The notes under the pieces were generated by a model, which made no database searches, was not told the origin of the DNA, and worked only from the letters and a program-made list of their open reading frames with translations. The translations under genes were made by a program, and so were the position numbers. DNA of 62,132 nt, counting the filler, from Choristocarpus tenellus KU-1152 (Eukaryota; Protista; Phaeophyceae), in assembly GCA_964200185.2 (NCBI GenBank). It is 11 parts of 11 records of this genome, joined end to end, with 100 filler letters (N's around TTAATTAATTAA, not from the genome) between each part and the next. Parts side by side here need not be neighbours in the genome. Positions count along the whole stretch, not along the records: positions 22,914 to 25,954 come from CAXNAD020022744.1; positions 26,055 to 30,103 come from CAXNAD020016483.1; positions 30,204 to 37,003 come from CAXNAD020007316.1; positions 37,104 to 39,909 come from CAXNAD020024586.1; 7 more parts are not named here. One strand, written 5' to 3'. Within the stretch, counting starts at the first letter, position 1. Each line of letters begins with the position of its first letter. This document shows, in pieces, positions 25,216 to 39,457 of this stretch.

Positions 25216-26102
25216 GTGAATCTGAGACTTGCGGGTTAAGCAAAAAAGTATTATTACTAGTATTATTATTATTATTATTCTCATTAGTCGGAGAGGTCCC
25301 AGACCCATGGTCAAAAGGTAGCCAGAAGGAGACAGGACAGTACGCACAGGTTGAGGAGATACAGAGTATCCGAGAAGAAAAAAAGAGCACTGAAGAAAAA
25401 AAAAAGAAAGAGAAAGAGAAAGAGAAAGAGAAAGAGAAATATTGGATCCAGGCTATCTACGAGGTTAACTAAGAGAACCAGGTGGTAATGCACACTTCAA
25501 CATCCTTCTAAAAAAATAAATAACAATGTCGTATCAGGTCCGTCTACAACTAATCCAAAAAAACATCACCCATAACATGTAGCAAGAAAAAGGATGCGAC
25601 AATAGGGAAGGGGGGAAAGAGAGGGACAAGATTTATTTTTTTTAAAAGGAGATATGATGAGAATACATTAGCACATTCAGCAGGTGATTTCTATATCTGC
25701 CCAAGATGCAGAGGTGCATATCCTACAACAAGGTGGAGGGGGGGGGAGGGGGGGGGGGGCACTTCCAAACAACAGACAGAATAGGCATTTCCATGTCTTT
25801 GGAAAAACTCCAAACCACTCCCAACAGCAACAGCCACGATAAACATAAATAAAATAAAAAATAAAAAATAAAAAGGAGAATAATACGAAGCCACCATCAA
25901 AATAATATTTTTTAATAGAAGTCTACATCTTGCGACATGACATGGGGGGCAGCGNNNNNNNNNNNNNNNNNNNNNNNNNNNNNNNNNNNNNNNNNNNNTT
26001 AATTAATTAANNNNNNNNNNNNNNNNNNNNNNNNNNNNNNNNNNNNNNNNNNNNCCCCCCCAGTTACTTATTTCTTCTCATGTTTTAGCAAACACGAACA
26101 TT

Positions 26103-26589
26103 TGTGACAGACATATAGTGTGGGGATTGTTTCTCGCGCTCTAATAAGTGGGAACAATATACGACATTAGTAACATATAGGTAGCCTTACAGAGTAAATG
26201 ATGATTTCATAGAAGATACAGAGTAAGATACGGAATGCATACGTAACATTACAGAAGAAAATGACAAAGTCCCTAAGGAGTTGCAGAAGAAAGGTTTATG
26301 ATTGGAGTATGTGTAGAGCAGTTGCATAGAAGACTAAAGAAATTGGGTGGAAGATGAAAATAATAAGAGGGCTTGTGGTCATACGATCGCCCCTTTTTAC
26401 CTCCAGTCTTACCTTTTGAACAAAGATTGAGTCAAGCTTTGAACTAAGCACTGAGTGGAGTATCAAGAGAAGGCTATCTGACACCCTACAAACTGTTGTA
26501 AAGGGCAACGCCCCCATAGTGTCGTTTGAAGGTCGTTGGATTTGAGTTGCACATCCTGTGGAGGTGAGTTCTGAGGGGCGCCTGTAACA
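26103..26589 (+). mobile_element. Probable solo LTR
   Basis: TGTGAC...GTAACA ends; homologous to 16163-16572; flanks CATT/CATG. Confidence 0.55.
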
Positions 26590-27874
26590 CATGTTCAAAC
26601 ATTAATAGGTGTTGGCTACTCTCTTGGCCTATCCTGAGAAGTCCATCTCTTGATCTCCCTGCTATACCTCTATCACCCTTGCCTCCCTCTAGCACCAGTC
26701 TGCCCAGCCAATCCGTTTTCTGTTGTAATCCCAAACAGATATACCAACCGACGAATGATAAAAACAGCCAGGCGAGACCTGTGATACCAGTGTTCCATCA
26801 CCACTCACACATCCCCACGTATCCAACACCTGCACTAGCCCCAGCCTCCAGTAAAACATCCATGGATGATGGAGGTATAGTACAGTATGAGTATCCAGCA
26901 CTATAAAATTCTATCATCCTAGGGTATGTCTCCAACTAACAAAAAAAATGAAGTCCCTGACTACAAACGCACTCATTGTATACCCAAACCTTGGCAGCTC
27001 CATTAGAGTCTATATGGATCTACAGGTATTTGATGGAAAGCACCACACTCACTCTTGTTACCTATGACCCTTCCACTAATTACTTTTACAGTACAAATAC
27101 TCCGCAAGACATGACGTAGAATCGTACTACAAGGCACTTGGGGGAGGGGGGGCGAGGGGGCAGTTTGACGATCACTATCAGGATTTTCGAATTCGGACCC
27201 CACTGTATCCGGGATGTGTGGTCATGAATGTTTATCACCTTTGAGGGTTCCTGAACACCATCGACCGGTTACACCACCTTCATCCTGGTATTTTGTGTGC
27301 TATATTATTGGTGGAGGCCAATACCCTAACTCGTAACATGTCTCCTGCTACCTTCTACAATTGCGCCCCTAAGGTGGTGAACATGCATAGCTGTGATTTC
27401 CGTATGCAAGCCTATCATCTCCCCCCTATTTTTTTGTTGTACTTTCCCTGTTGGATCCCAAGCCTTAGAGTATTTACCTAGAGTAATATCTGACTCCGAT
27501 TCCAATCTGAAAGGGCTAGGACTCCACTGTGTCGCCAAGCACACTATCACTTCCCGATTCTAAACTGGCCTTCCTGTACCTCCCACAGATATTCTGACCT
27601 ATCCTCTACCAAAACCAGAAAGAATCAAGTGAATAGCTTACAATTTTGTCATTGGCATAGTTTTTCAAGGAAAGCATTTAGAGATAAACCTTTCAGGTTA
27701 TTTCCTCTGAGAGGGATCAGTTAGATCCATATGTGGTTGGTATGCTTGTGCCTTAAACCCCACAGTCCCACTAGAACTAGTCAAGTACTTCGAAGTGTTT
27801 TATCTGTCGCTTAGAGTTTCATGCATGGTACACACCAGTATTTTGAATGTTCTGTAAATGTCTAAGCCCGAGAG

Positions 27875-28119
27875 AAATCAAAGTATCTTAGAGGGTAGAG
27901 CCGCGTCCGATTGGCGGCCAAAATCCAATGTTGCGATTTTGATGTAATTTTGGCTATATCGTGTTTGTTAGGAAGTGTCAATATCCTTGTTCTAGACATA
28001 TACATGATACCTGTTTACCTGTATTTCGGAGTAGGAAAATGTAATAAAAATCCGCGGGAAAGTCAAGCCCCAAACGGACAAACAGGGCAAAACTCGTTCG
28101 CTCTACGATACTTTCACTC
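27875..28119 (+). mobile_element. MITE family A copy
   Basis: Colinear with other family A copies; flanks AGAG/AGGG. Confidence 0.82.
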
Positions 28120-30064
28120 AGGGTTACTCTGGGCAAATTGGACGGAGACACACAGCATACAAGTACTCTCTTTCATAATTATCTCAAGGTGATGGCGAAC
28201 CATTGGTTACTCCAGAAGTGGAAATTCATGTTGTAGTTATCTTCGTGGCACCAGTAAGATAAGCAATGTACTTGACATCTCGGTGGCCAACTTTAAACAA
28301 TCCAACCGCATCTGGACAAATATCTGCAAATGCTCCAAGTTTCCATCCTGCACACTGGCACCATCTGCCATCAGTCATGATGTTTTTCAGTTTTTTACAT
28401 ATAGTTCTGAGGAAATCATGTGGACGTAAAGACTGCGTCATACGGTATACATGCACTAAAGTGTCATTCCCAATATTGACATGGTCATGGCAACCCATGA
28501 TTCATTTCGATAGTTCTGCAGAGTTTCGTGGCATCTTGGTCGTACAGTGTTTTCATATACACGAATGGGTAATTACCTAAGTGTGGACAGTGCTTGTGAC
28601 GATAGCAGCACGGACTAGGATTACTCGCATAGCATGACTACGAAAACGTGCACCTCCCCCTATGTGCCAACCCTAGAATCTACACTGATTAACCAACCAG
28701 TTGTTACCTTATTATTACCCTGGAACCTCCAATTATGTCTTTCATGAAGTTCTACACTAAATATCGACCTAGAATGAGTCCTCACCATCCAATTTCATCA
28801 CTGATGCCCAAGAAGAAAACTACGTTGGCTACAGGAATGACACAACCTAGGATTGATCACATAGACGCAGTGTCCCCAAATGATGACCTTCTTCATGAGT
28901 TATCAAACCAGCTATCACCCTACAATTTGATCTACTCCATACATTTCATCGCATATTCCAAGGAATATCTAAGTTCGTGACCACTGTGGCATCACCTACG
29001 ATTGATCCCTTAATCAGGACTCAAAACAAGTGTATCTATCCCTAGTTATCACCCTATTGTTATGTTAGATCCTTCAATTATTACTTTCACAGATTATCAC
29101 AGTAAGTGCCGCACACAATGATGAAGCCTGATCTTCCAAACTCTTCACGAATGCAAGGGATGATGATATTGGCGACAGGAACAACACAATCTACGACTAA
29201 TCATGTAGATCTGATGTCTCCCGAACATGACTTTCGCGGAGTATCCCACCAATTACCAACCCACTCTGTGCACTAATATGTCAGTATTGTCGTGTATATA
29301 TAGGACTGTCAGCACTTGCGACCAGAACAGCTATGACTGTTTGCTTAGACCTCACCACGAAACTATGTATCTTATCTTATCCCCATTTGCCAACCCTACC
29401 ATTATCTCCATGCCCAACTATCACTTTCACTGTGGTTCATCACGCCAGATATCACCCTACAATAGTAAGCCCAACTTTTAAAATTTCATCTCCAATGCCT
29501 AGGTAACCTTCTGATACCGTTTCATCTCCTCAGCACACATCTCCACCATTTGACGCAGGACACTCCCCCTCTCCTCTCTGAGAAAGATTGCTCGACAGTA
29601 CAGTTAGTTGCCTTCAGTCTGCCCCCTATTGACCCTTCTTCCAAAAACTTGACCCTATCCCATCTTCCGTCTACCTCCAACCTAGGTCCTTTTTTTCAGT
29701 TCCAATTATTTCTGTTAATTCCTCGACCACCAGGTCCCCCTTTGAGTCAGGTGATGGATCACGGTCAAGTTTTCTTGACCTGTTGGCGCAGCCAGAAATG
29801 TTAATTTTTGCTGGGTCTCAACTACTGGGAATGCCTTCCGAAATTTATGAAAGCTCCTCTACAATTTTGTCTTCTACATCTCATGCTTCTTGGAGGGTCA
29901 TTTTTCTTGTCACATCAGTAATTATTGTATTGTCCATCTGTCTGTTAGAACATCACCATTATCAACTCTCTCACATATGTACAGTACACAACCACGTATT
30001 TCCTGTCCACCTTTCATGTACGTGTATACAATGGAAGTATGACTCTTGTCGATACGTGTAGGCT

Positions 30065-30103
30065 GGGTCAAAGTATCTTGGGGGGGGGGGTGGTTTGTGA
30101 GGG
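30065..30103. mobile_element. MITE family B end at contig break
   Basis: GGGTCAAAGTATCTTGGGG... Confidence 0.7.
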
Positions 30104-30290
30104 NNNNNNNNNNNNNNNNNNNNNNNNNNNNNNNNNNNNNNNNNNNNTTAATTAATTAANNNNNNNNNNNNNNNNNNNNNNNNNNNNNNNNNNNNNNNNN
30201 NNNCCCCCGCCTGTCTTGTCTGCAAGCCGTATGCTGTTGTCTTCTTGTATTTAAACGGATTCTGCTCTTTCTTTTTCTTTTTCGACAACA

Positions 30291-30321
<31 letters not shown>

Positions 30322-30777
30322 CAGCGCACATACTTCAGTGCTACATGAGGTCAAATTGCTCGACAGTATTTGGTGGATAAAAATCGCAGTATTTGAGAGT
30401 GGAGCCAGTTACATTTCAGTTACACACTCACCAAACGATTCGCATGTTTTCTGTACATTTTTATTTTTTATTGTACCAATCGGGAACAAAGGGATGCGCT
30501 GATCAATACGCTCTGAAACGTTTATCGTTATTTTTATTTTACACTGCGTGAACTACACACTTGTTCCTCTTTCTTGAACCATAAACAATAATAAATAAAT
30601 ATAAATAATCATATATATATATATATATATTTTTTTTTTAATGCAAAGCGAGAAAGTGGAATTTTTGTTGCTGTTAGTATTGTTGTTACAGTTACATACA
30701 GGCAAGGCAATCAAAGGAAAAAAAACCCTTCCAAAACAAAGAAGAATGAATGATCAAGCTCCAAACAATGACAGCAA

Positions 30778-30826
30778 TACACCAGAACGTTACCAGAACG
30801 TTACCAGAACGTTACCAGAACGTTAC
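30778..30826 (+). repeat. 11-bp tandem repeat (ACCAGAACGTT) x4
   Basis: Direct inspection. Confidence 0.9.
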
Positions 30827-31432
30827 CCAGGCGCAGCTAAAAAGAGTAAGTGCACCCAAATCGCTGCTAGCAACAAACTTGACCTTTTGACAGCAATGAG
30901 CAATGCCATCAATAGGACCATCTTCGGGTTGGTTCAAGGGGGCTCACGAGTACAGTCACGAGGCAACTTCCGTTGAGAAGAAAAAAAGATAAAACAAATC
31001 AAACTAAAAAAAGAACTAAAAAAAGATAAAATACTGAGGAAGGATAGGGGGTCGGTGCAAAAAGACACTGAAAAAACAAACAAGATTCCAAACTTTTTTT
31101 TTGTTTGTGAACACAGGAACAAAAAGAGTCCCCTCCCCGCAAAGGTTCTGAACAACAGAACAAATAATTTCTTTTTTTTTTAGTAACACCAGAGCAAAGA
31201 AAAGCACCGTAATATGAACCTTGAAACAAGCAAAATTTTGAGGGTTCTTCTGATTACCGGAACATTTTTTATTAATTCAATGGAACGCCGGGGAAAAACA
31301 TAAATATATATATATATGTTCTCAAATTTTTGAATAAAAAAAACAAACAGACCGATATCGCCACTCAAATCGGGAGCGGGTAATGAATTTCATTTGACTT
31401 TTGACTATCATACAACATCTTCCCCCCCCCCC

Positions 31433-31512
<80 letters not shown>

Positions 31513-32154
31513 GAAAGAGGTTTTGTTGTTCTTGCATTCATCGAAAAATATATAAATAAATAATAATTAAAGAAAATTGTGCGGTTTTCAAACCGAACGA
31601 TGAAGTTGAGTGACTCGGTAGTCCACCCTACAAATTCTCGTGTAACCCTTCCAAGCAGCAAACAAAAAAAAAGTGCAACAACACGCATCCGATTTCAACT
31701 GCGCCTCCATTATTATACCAAACCCACTGACGCAAGCCAACAACCAAGCTCTTACATCTCTGCAAACTCCCTCTATCGAAGTGTGTTTGCATCACATATA
31801 TATGTGTGTCTCATCAAAACCCTCGTAATAAAATATATTTTTTTAAATTGCAACAGAAGACATGTCGGGTATACTTTTTTTTTTTATCAATTTTTTTTGT
31901 TACTCTTACACCGGTATTTGTGTGACCACTTCTATTTCTTTCAAGTATGTACGACCTCGTGACAAGCTGAAACCACAAAATAATATAAATATATATATAT
32001 ATATGAAAAGCCCTGAAAAAAAAAAAAAATCTCATTATTTTGAATATTTTCGGGTTAGGATTTCTTTTTTTTTATGTTCAGTGAAGATTTTAAAATATAT
32101 CTATATATATATATCTTTGGTTGATCAGATTTCCACATGTTCCACCAGTGGCAA

Positions 32155-32191
<37 letters not shown>

Positions 32192-32871
32192 TAGATATAG
32201 ATATAGATTTTTTTCTTAATGACTGTTCATGAGGTTGACGCATCAAATACAGCACAATCTAAGACAGAAATGAGAAATAAGAAATAATAAAACATTAACA
32301 TCAGTATAAAACTATTAAAGCTGCAAATCAACTACATACTTCCATTCTTAGGCAGCTTATTGCATCCTGTGATCATGAGGGGTATGAAGCGATTTCTGTG
32401 GAGAGTTTTTCATGGTGCCACACAACCGTATAATGCCGTGTGCAGGTCAATTTGCCCATCCTGCTGCCCTCCGAAAAATGCCCCTGCAAGAAAAGCTCCG
32501 AAAAAACCCAGCATACGACACAGCAGTGGTTTGCAGTAGAAACTAGGGGGCCAAATCCCACATGTATGTTCCTACATGAGGAAGACCTTGATATTAGAGC
32601 AGAGTTGTCAGTGCCTCACGATCCTGCCTCATCATCAGCTCCCAGATTCGCAAGAATTTCAATCCGATTTGAGGGACCGGCTACTGCACACTGAGAGGGC
32701 AGATTACCCTAAACTGAAAAAAAAATCACCAACTCTATTTCGGCACCCTAACATCGGAACAGAATTATCAAGAGGCGAATCAGATCATATTACGTGAAGG
32801 ACCCCCGAAGGGGGATCGAAGGGTTGGTTGGGGCATGCCGTCACTCACGAATTCTAGTTTGATACACTCTC

Positions 32872-34700
32872 TGTTGTAACAATCGGTAACAGCGAACGTT
32901 TCTTCACATATGTTGTAACACGTAATGGCGAAGGGGGTACTGATTTGTTCAATGCGGTATGTTTGCCGACAATGAGAGTACAGGGGAGGGATAATGAATA
33001 GGAAAGAAATATCGACTGGTATCTTGCACGGGGTTGTAGCGAAGGGATATGATGATGGACACCTGAGGAGAAGGAGGAGGGGTCGGTTGGGATGTAGTTG
33101 AAGACTTACCAGAGTCACATTTTTCGTGATATAAGGGGGCCATTCTCTGCACCAGAACAAGTGAACCACAGTCAGCATAACCAACACTTGATGCCCCCCC
33201 GCCAGTGCCAGCATCAAAAAATCCGCTGTTGTCAGGGGATACTCCATCGGTATCGGAAACTCCCCCTTATGCACCTATTTCAGGCTAGAGCAGGATCCAA
33301 AATCGCAAGTTGGGGGTCAAAGATCAGTATTTTGCTTTCCTCGACGACCATGCTTTAAAAATGCAGGGGGCAACCTCTGTGATTAGGTGTGCAAGGGGAG
33401 CAATTTGAATCTCTCCCAGGTTAGTGTCACAGCAGGACACCCCCTCTGGAATGTCTTGATCGCAGAGCTTCTGGTGCTGAAAAATAATGTACCTAGGGTA
33501 GTATTTAAGCCGACTGTTATCATACTCCATCGTTACGTCGAGCATGTGCACTTCGGGCTAGAGGTCACCATGATGCAACATGGAATCAAAAAAGTTCCTC
33601 GTACCTATTTGCTGAGGCGATACCTTTCCGTATGGCACCTCCCCGTCCCTCCTGTCGAAAGGAGTCTGGAGAAGAATCTCACAATTTCGGACTATCTTAG
33701 GGGGAGACTCGACAAACCACGAGTATGGGTCTCACAACCTGTAACCCCCTCCCTTCCCCACCACAGACAGACCAGAACTTGATGAGGATGCCCCAAGCAG
33801 TTTGCGAAACCTGAGTCCTTTGGTGCTACTGATATCAGCCAGATAAACTCACGCATTCACATGGGCATCCCGCTGTGCTTCGGCCACCCGCATCACTTCC
33901 TGGTCCCTCAAGGTCGCGACTCTGTGGAGATGGTCAGCAGGTTGCCCCATAACGCGATCGTCCCAACTAGGTATATAGATGAAGGGGAAGGTCACATCAC
34001 AAAAATCATAGAGGACAAACATGATACAATTGTAAGGATAGAATATGTGAGAAAGATATTTGTGGTGAAAAAAATAATACCGAAGAGACATTTAGACCAC
34101 CAATCCATCTCCATTTTCAATTTCCCTCAATCACAAATTCGTAGTGTTGTTGTTGAGGGGGTATACAAGTGATTTGATTTTTTTTTAAATGTGCCAAAGA
34201 ACGACAGGTACTGACAGGAAGGCGAGGTAAATGAGGAGTAGATTGGAAACATGGAAACGACTGTGATCACCTTGAAACTGAAAGAAATTTTCTAGGATAT
34301 GACAAAAGAAATACCTGTCCCCCCCCAAAAGAGTAACCCACAGGATAGAGAGATCAACCCATTATTTCCAGATTCGACATCACAACAAACATCTCCAACC
34401 AAGAGATCAAGTTGTTGAACTACATCTCCCACACAAAGAAATGCAGGTTGACAATAGTCTCACCATCGGTATCTATCTGATTCGGAGACACAACAATAAT
34501 ATAGACACAACAACTCTTCAACTTCGATCTACCTTCAACTTCAAGCCAAACCTGATGCTATTGCTTCCTCATAACAAGTGAGAGTTACGCCCACCTTTCC
34601 TGTGGTCTGCCTCACTCAGGTGGTGTACTACCCACCATTGAAGCAAATATCGTAAATTAAAAGACTTTTTCAGTTTACACATTACATTAGTCTCTGATTT
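32872..34700 (-). mobile_element. Ty1/Copia remnant: degenerate RT/RNase H, PPT and 3' LTR (32872-33186)
   Basis: LTR with TGTTG...CAACA ends, preceded on the minus strand by a purine tract GGCGGGGGGGC; MEYPLTTADFL (RNase H-like end) and FIYIPSWDDRV (YVDD-like). Confidence 0.6.
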
Positions 34701-36983
34701 TGTGATCATACGAAGATGAACCCGCATCATCTTTTTTTGTAGCCTACCCATTATTTCCTTACGGTATTTTTAAATTTTGATATATAATTGTTACGAACAA
34801 TGTGTGATAACAGGATGAATTCAAGAATGATGAATGGTATGACGTAGGGAGATTGTGTGGGATAAGGATCTTGGAAATATGATAGTGATCCTGTTGTCTC
34901 TGGTCTGCTGTCATCATAGTCCTTATGTAATGGTGTGATTGGTGATGGATGCTAAGGTGTCAATCACATAATAACGTGGGTACTCCAGAGTAGTAGTAAG
35001 GTCTAACAAAGTCAGCGTAACTAAAAAAAAAAGTATCAAATGTCGTATGAACGCCTTCCAAATCATGGAACTCCCCCTCTTTTTTTTCCTTCTTTTCATG
35101 GCAATTCCGTGTGTTAACTATATGCGCGCGGAAAAGTCTGTCCTTCTGCACATGGAAGTACCTAAAATGAAAACCCTTTGCCACCTTTATTAAGTATGTT
35201 TGAAGGATGTCCTCTTGTATTAAAAACCTTGAAAATGAGATGACTCACCAGCCTCCTTATCCAAGATAGCTTCGATCCCTTCCGCTCCCACCTGACAAAC
35301 CTCCCTACAGACCCCAGACATGGACTGGAATCCTCTACAATTACTTTATTTAGCTCAGTTCAGGAGCCAGTGTGAGCAAGGGGCCAACACTTGGGCAATC
35401 ACCCAACCTCCCAAGCCACCAAAGTGAATACCTTCCCCAGAATTCCGCCTTGCAGTCTTTGGGGGTAGAGGAGACATTTTCCAGTGGCTGCCCCATGGGT
35501 AGATGAAGGAAACAAAGGGTGTACAATGGTCATGCATATACGTGCCAAAAAGTGGAGGATAAGTCCGGCAGCACTTGTCTATGGTTAGGAAACCGGGTAG
35601 TGTGTGTATGCAGGTAGATGGGCATCCCTTGCACCCTGGGAGAATGAACTGCCTTCACCATCAACTGCAATTTCCGTATTGATGTGGCAATTCATGTGGG
35701 GGCACTCTCTAATCAATGCTGCCACTTGCTCCTTACTAGGAAAAAGGGAATAATTTTCTCAATGTGGCCTTCACTGATGTTCAAGCGGACTGCCACCTTC
35801 GACACTCATCAATAAACTCTTGCATTGGTACTGCCGAAGCTAAGCCTCAGAGGCAAAATCGCTAGAAGGGATTCTTTGACCCCATGGATTTATCTCAGCA
35901 CCTTCCCAGTGGACAGGTTTGACTACTGAGGTGCACAGACAGGTAGAGCATTTTCTGGAAGAGCTGGCGAGTCATACTGTGGGTGTACGGGAGGCAAAAA
36001 TATTTGCTTGGAAGGAAACAGTGAAGGCACACCTGGGACGGATTTTCCCAGTGCCTGCTCAAGTAGCAATCTCCAAACAGACGTGCCATGCACGTCAAAC
36101 TAGAGACATCAAATTGATGGTCTAGGAAGAGCTTGACCAATTCTTCTCTTATTTCTCTTTCTTCTCGACCACCTTCATAGTGTCCACCTATGCCCTGTGA
36201 GCAGTCTCAATTTGCTGTATTAGTAGTCCTGTTGATATCTTTTTTCTTGTTTCGCATACTCTACAACTCCTCTTACTGTGGTTCTGCGATGCTTGTTATG
36301 TTCTATATTTGTTGTTTCTTCTCTTACAAAGACTGTGGTGGTGTTGCTGTTTTTATTATTCTCTTTACTTTTATATTTCTTCTTTCTCGTGGATGACAAC
36401 ATATGGAAAAGGTGAAGGTGTGAGAGCCATATTCCACAGAAGATATACCCTGTTTCCACCTGTTTCACAAAAAGGAAAATATAATATGCATATTTTTTTA
36501 TCTATTTTCTTTGGAAATTTTCTGTCCTTTTTCTCTTTTTTAGTCCATGTTTCGTGTTTTATGGTTTATTATTTTTCTGAACGAATGAAAGGGTGACATT
36601 GAACCTTGACGTATTGATGGTCTGGTGCATCTTGGAATCGAATGATTGCTTGGTAAACCTAGGTGCGGGGATTTTATCTACTTGCTTTCTTGGTTCTTTT
36701 TTTTTCTCTCTTTCGTTTCTTCTTATTTTATGGTTTGTCCAATTCATTCCAATTCTCCATTTTTTCTACATTTTCTCTGTCACATGTTTTGCTTTTTTTC
36801 CAGATACTATGGAGCAGGTTCTTTTTTCTGGCATCTTGTGATTGTTGTCATCAACTACGTGGGTCCGAGCGTTCTGTATGTCACTTCTTTCTCCACTATA
36901 ACTCTATCAGCACGATGTTTTAGCACCAGTGCATGATGCATCGAACTACTGTTGCCGGTCGATCAATCGATCGATCGATCAAT

Positions 36984-37003
36984 GGGTCAAAGTATCTGGG
37001 GGG
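36984..37003. mobile_element. MITE family B end at contig break
   Basis: GGGTCAAAGTATCTGGGGGG. Confidence 0.7.
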
Positions 37004-37144
37004 NNNNNNNNNNNNNNNNNNNNNNNNNNNNNNNNNNNNNNNNNNNNTTAATTAATTAANNNNNNNNNNNNNNNNNNNNNNNNNNNNNNNNNNNNNNNNN
37101 NNNTTAACCAAGAAAATATCACTCGCAAAAAAAAAAAAGCATAC

Positions 37145-39457
37145 CTCGAGCAATCCTCATTCCCTTGCCCCCCCCGCCAGCACTGGCCTTGATCATAACA
37201 GGATAGCCAATATCCTTGGCCAGTCTCACTGCTTCATCAGCTGAATCAATTGCACCCTTAACCATTATCAACACGTAATAGGAAGCACAATACAGTGGAG
37301 CAAGAGACAGAAGGGGTGGGGACGGGGGGTGGGGGCGGGGGCCAAGGACCAGGGGGGGGGGGGATAGACTCTCAATAGACAGTTTGTCTCCTCAGGTTTG
37401 GATATCACCACTTGTCCATACTGAACCAGATGTCAAGCAGACGCTGCAGAGCTATCATCCCGCCAAATTTTCAAAGACGACAGTGGGGGAACAAAGGACT
37501 AAAAGTGGTCCGTGTCAGCAAACGTATGTGTCTGCACACATGCATGCATTTCACTCTCATCAGCGCTGACCAAGGCAGGACCAGATTGAGTACCTTGAAG
37601 ATGGCATCAACCAATTACCCTCCTCCTCAGAGGAGAAACACACAAAAAGGTTCCTCCTTACCTGGACACAGACCCTCTCCACCCAACATGACTCACCAAC
37701 GTGACTCACCTCTACTCCTGACCCAGTAAACCTAACTCCTTGACGCTAGATATGCAACCTAAAAGGGCGCACCAGTCTAAGTGGTACCTAGATGTCTGAG
37801 AGTATGGATGAGCATAACAAAAGCAATTACATTGCATGGCGATGTGGACATGGACAACAAGCCTAGTCTGCACAGCGTTCACATTGTGAGTCACCCACAC
37901 CTTGAACCCTGGGATTGTGTTGACCCCAGCTTCTGCAGCAATCTTCTTGGACTGGAGCTTGTCCCCCATGCTCTTAATTGGTCCTGATGGGGGACCAATG
38001 AAAGTCACCCCTGCTTCTTCACACGATTCCGCAAAAATAGCGTTTTCGCTGAGAAACCCGTACCTGTGTGTACACCCGACAACAGCCACAGAGGGGTGTG
38101 AGCACTTGCAGAGGCGTGAGTCCAGGGGAGGTAGAATCGGGGGGAGAGGCAATGAGCTCATAGACCGATATTTCTAGAGTTCTTAGCGTCTTTGTGTGTA
38201 AGATCTAGAGAAAACACTACGTATGCGCTTCCTCACAGAAATGTAGGTTGTCAAAAAAGTTGGCCTTCACATACATGTCATTCGGTTGTTTAGACCTATT
38301 GAAACTGTGATGTGGAGGAATTCGTGCTTCCTTTCCACATTTCTATGCCTACCCTTGCTTCGACCCTCACAGATTCATTCACCAGGGGGAAAGGCGCATG
38401 CCCACCAGGGGAGGGAAAACACAGAGGAAAATACTCGAGGTCTCAATTCTCCTGAAAAGGGCAACCATCTACCCCACCAACTGAGCAGGCAGACACTCGC
38501 AAAGAGGTCAAGGATACGCAAGGGATAAGAGGCATATACACAGCGAAAATGAACGATAGGGACGTTTGGGTCCTCTGCAACACTTCCCGTCCCCATTGTC
38601 TTATTCCCTTCTCACCCAGGGTGCACAGCTTGGGCGCCAGTCTGCTTGATAGCTCCCAGGATCTTCGTGGCGTCCAAGTAGCTCTCAAGGGCGGGTGCAG
38701 GCCCAATGCACACTGCCTCGTCTGCCATTCTCGCGTGAGGAGCCTGTGAATATTCAGCCAAGGTTATTGAGACGCTATTCAAGAGAAAATCATAGTAAGG
38801 GCTGTCGCGTTGAGGTGGCGGGACTGGAGTTCTAAAACAAGCGTGATCGGGGGAGGGACGACAGCAAACCCAGGGTCAATCAACGAGAAACAAGGTGATA
38901 TCTTCTGATCACCATCAACTTTGCGGTACTGGCAAATTGATAGAGGTTTTCCTCAACCTCATTCTAGGAGGGTGGATGACAATAGTAGCTGTATTCACGT
39001 CGTCTACCCTCTGGCTCTATTTGCATGCCCCCCTTCAAAACTGCTACATTGATCTGACGTTCTTAAACTACCCAGCGTTGATCACAAGGGTTTACAAATC
39101 CCTCCCGTACGGATAGAATAGTCGTACTAAAAAATGCAAGCTAGACTGTGTGCTTCAATGAGGAAGTACAGGCCCTCACAGATATGGCCACTGGCTCCTT
39201 CCAGAACTTGCCTGGTCGTCCACGTCGCTATAAACCGCAACAGTTTTCACTCCCATTTCTCGAGCCGTTCGAATTACCCGGCAGGCAATCTCCCCTCGAT
39301 TGGCGATGAGAATCTTGTCGAAAGGTGGGGATGCGGGTTCAGACGAGAAGGTATTCAAAGGACGATATGTGCTGTAAGATGCCAATGCTCTGCTTGCTCG
39401 CGTCGAGCTTGCAGTGAGAAGTCGGCCCACTGGCCATAGACGACGAGTGTACGACAT
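37145..39457 (-). CDS. PCCA: Propionyl-CoA carboxylase alpha chain (mitochondrial), 5' part; exons 39212-39457, 38616-38743, 37901-38063, 37145-37256
   Basis: Transit-peptide-like N-terminus; [14 protein letters not shown]; [15 protein letters not shown]; [12 protein letters not shown]; [20 protein letters not shown]; [18 protein letters not shown]; exon phases consistent; the VNTIPG signature favours PCCA over MCCA. Confidence 0.9.

Noticed and set aside
24907-25347. 146-aa ORF as an intact gene
   Set aside because: The N-terminal third is read-through of host sequence and a (TAT)n microsatellite (IIIIII); only ~24907-25215 looks bacterial
30340-32300. Numerous F/K-rich ORFs
   Set aside because: Products of poly-A/T, (TA)n and (TG)n low-complexity sequence
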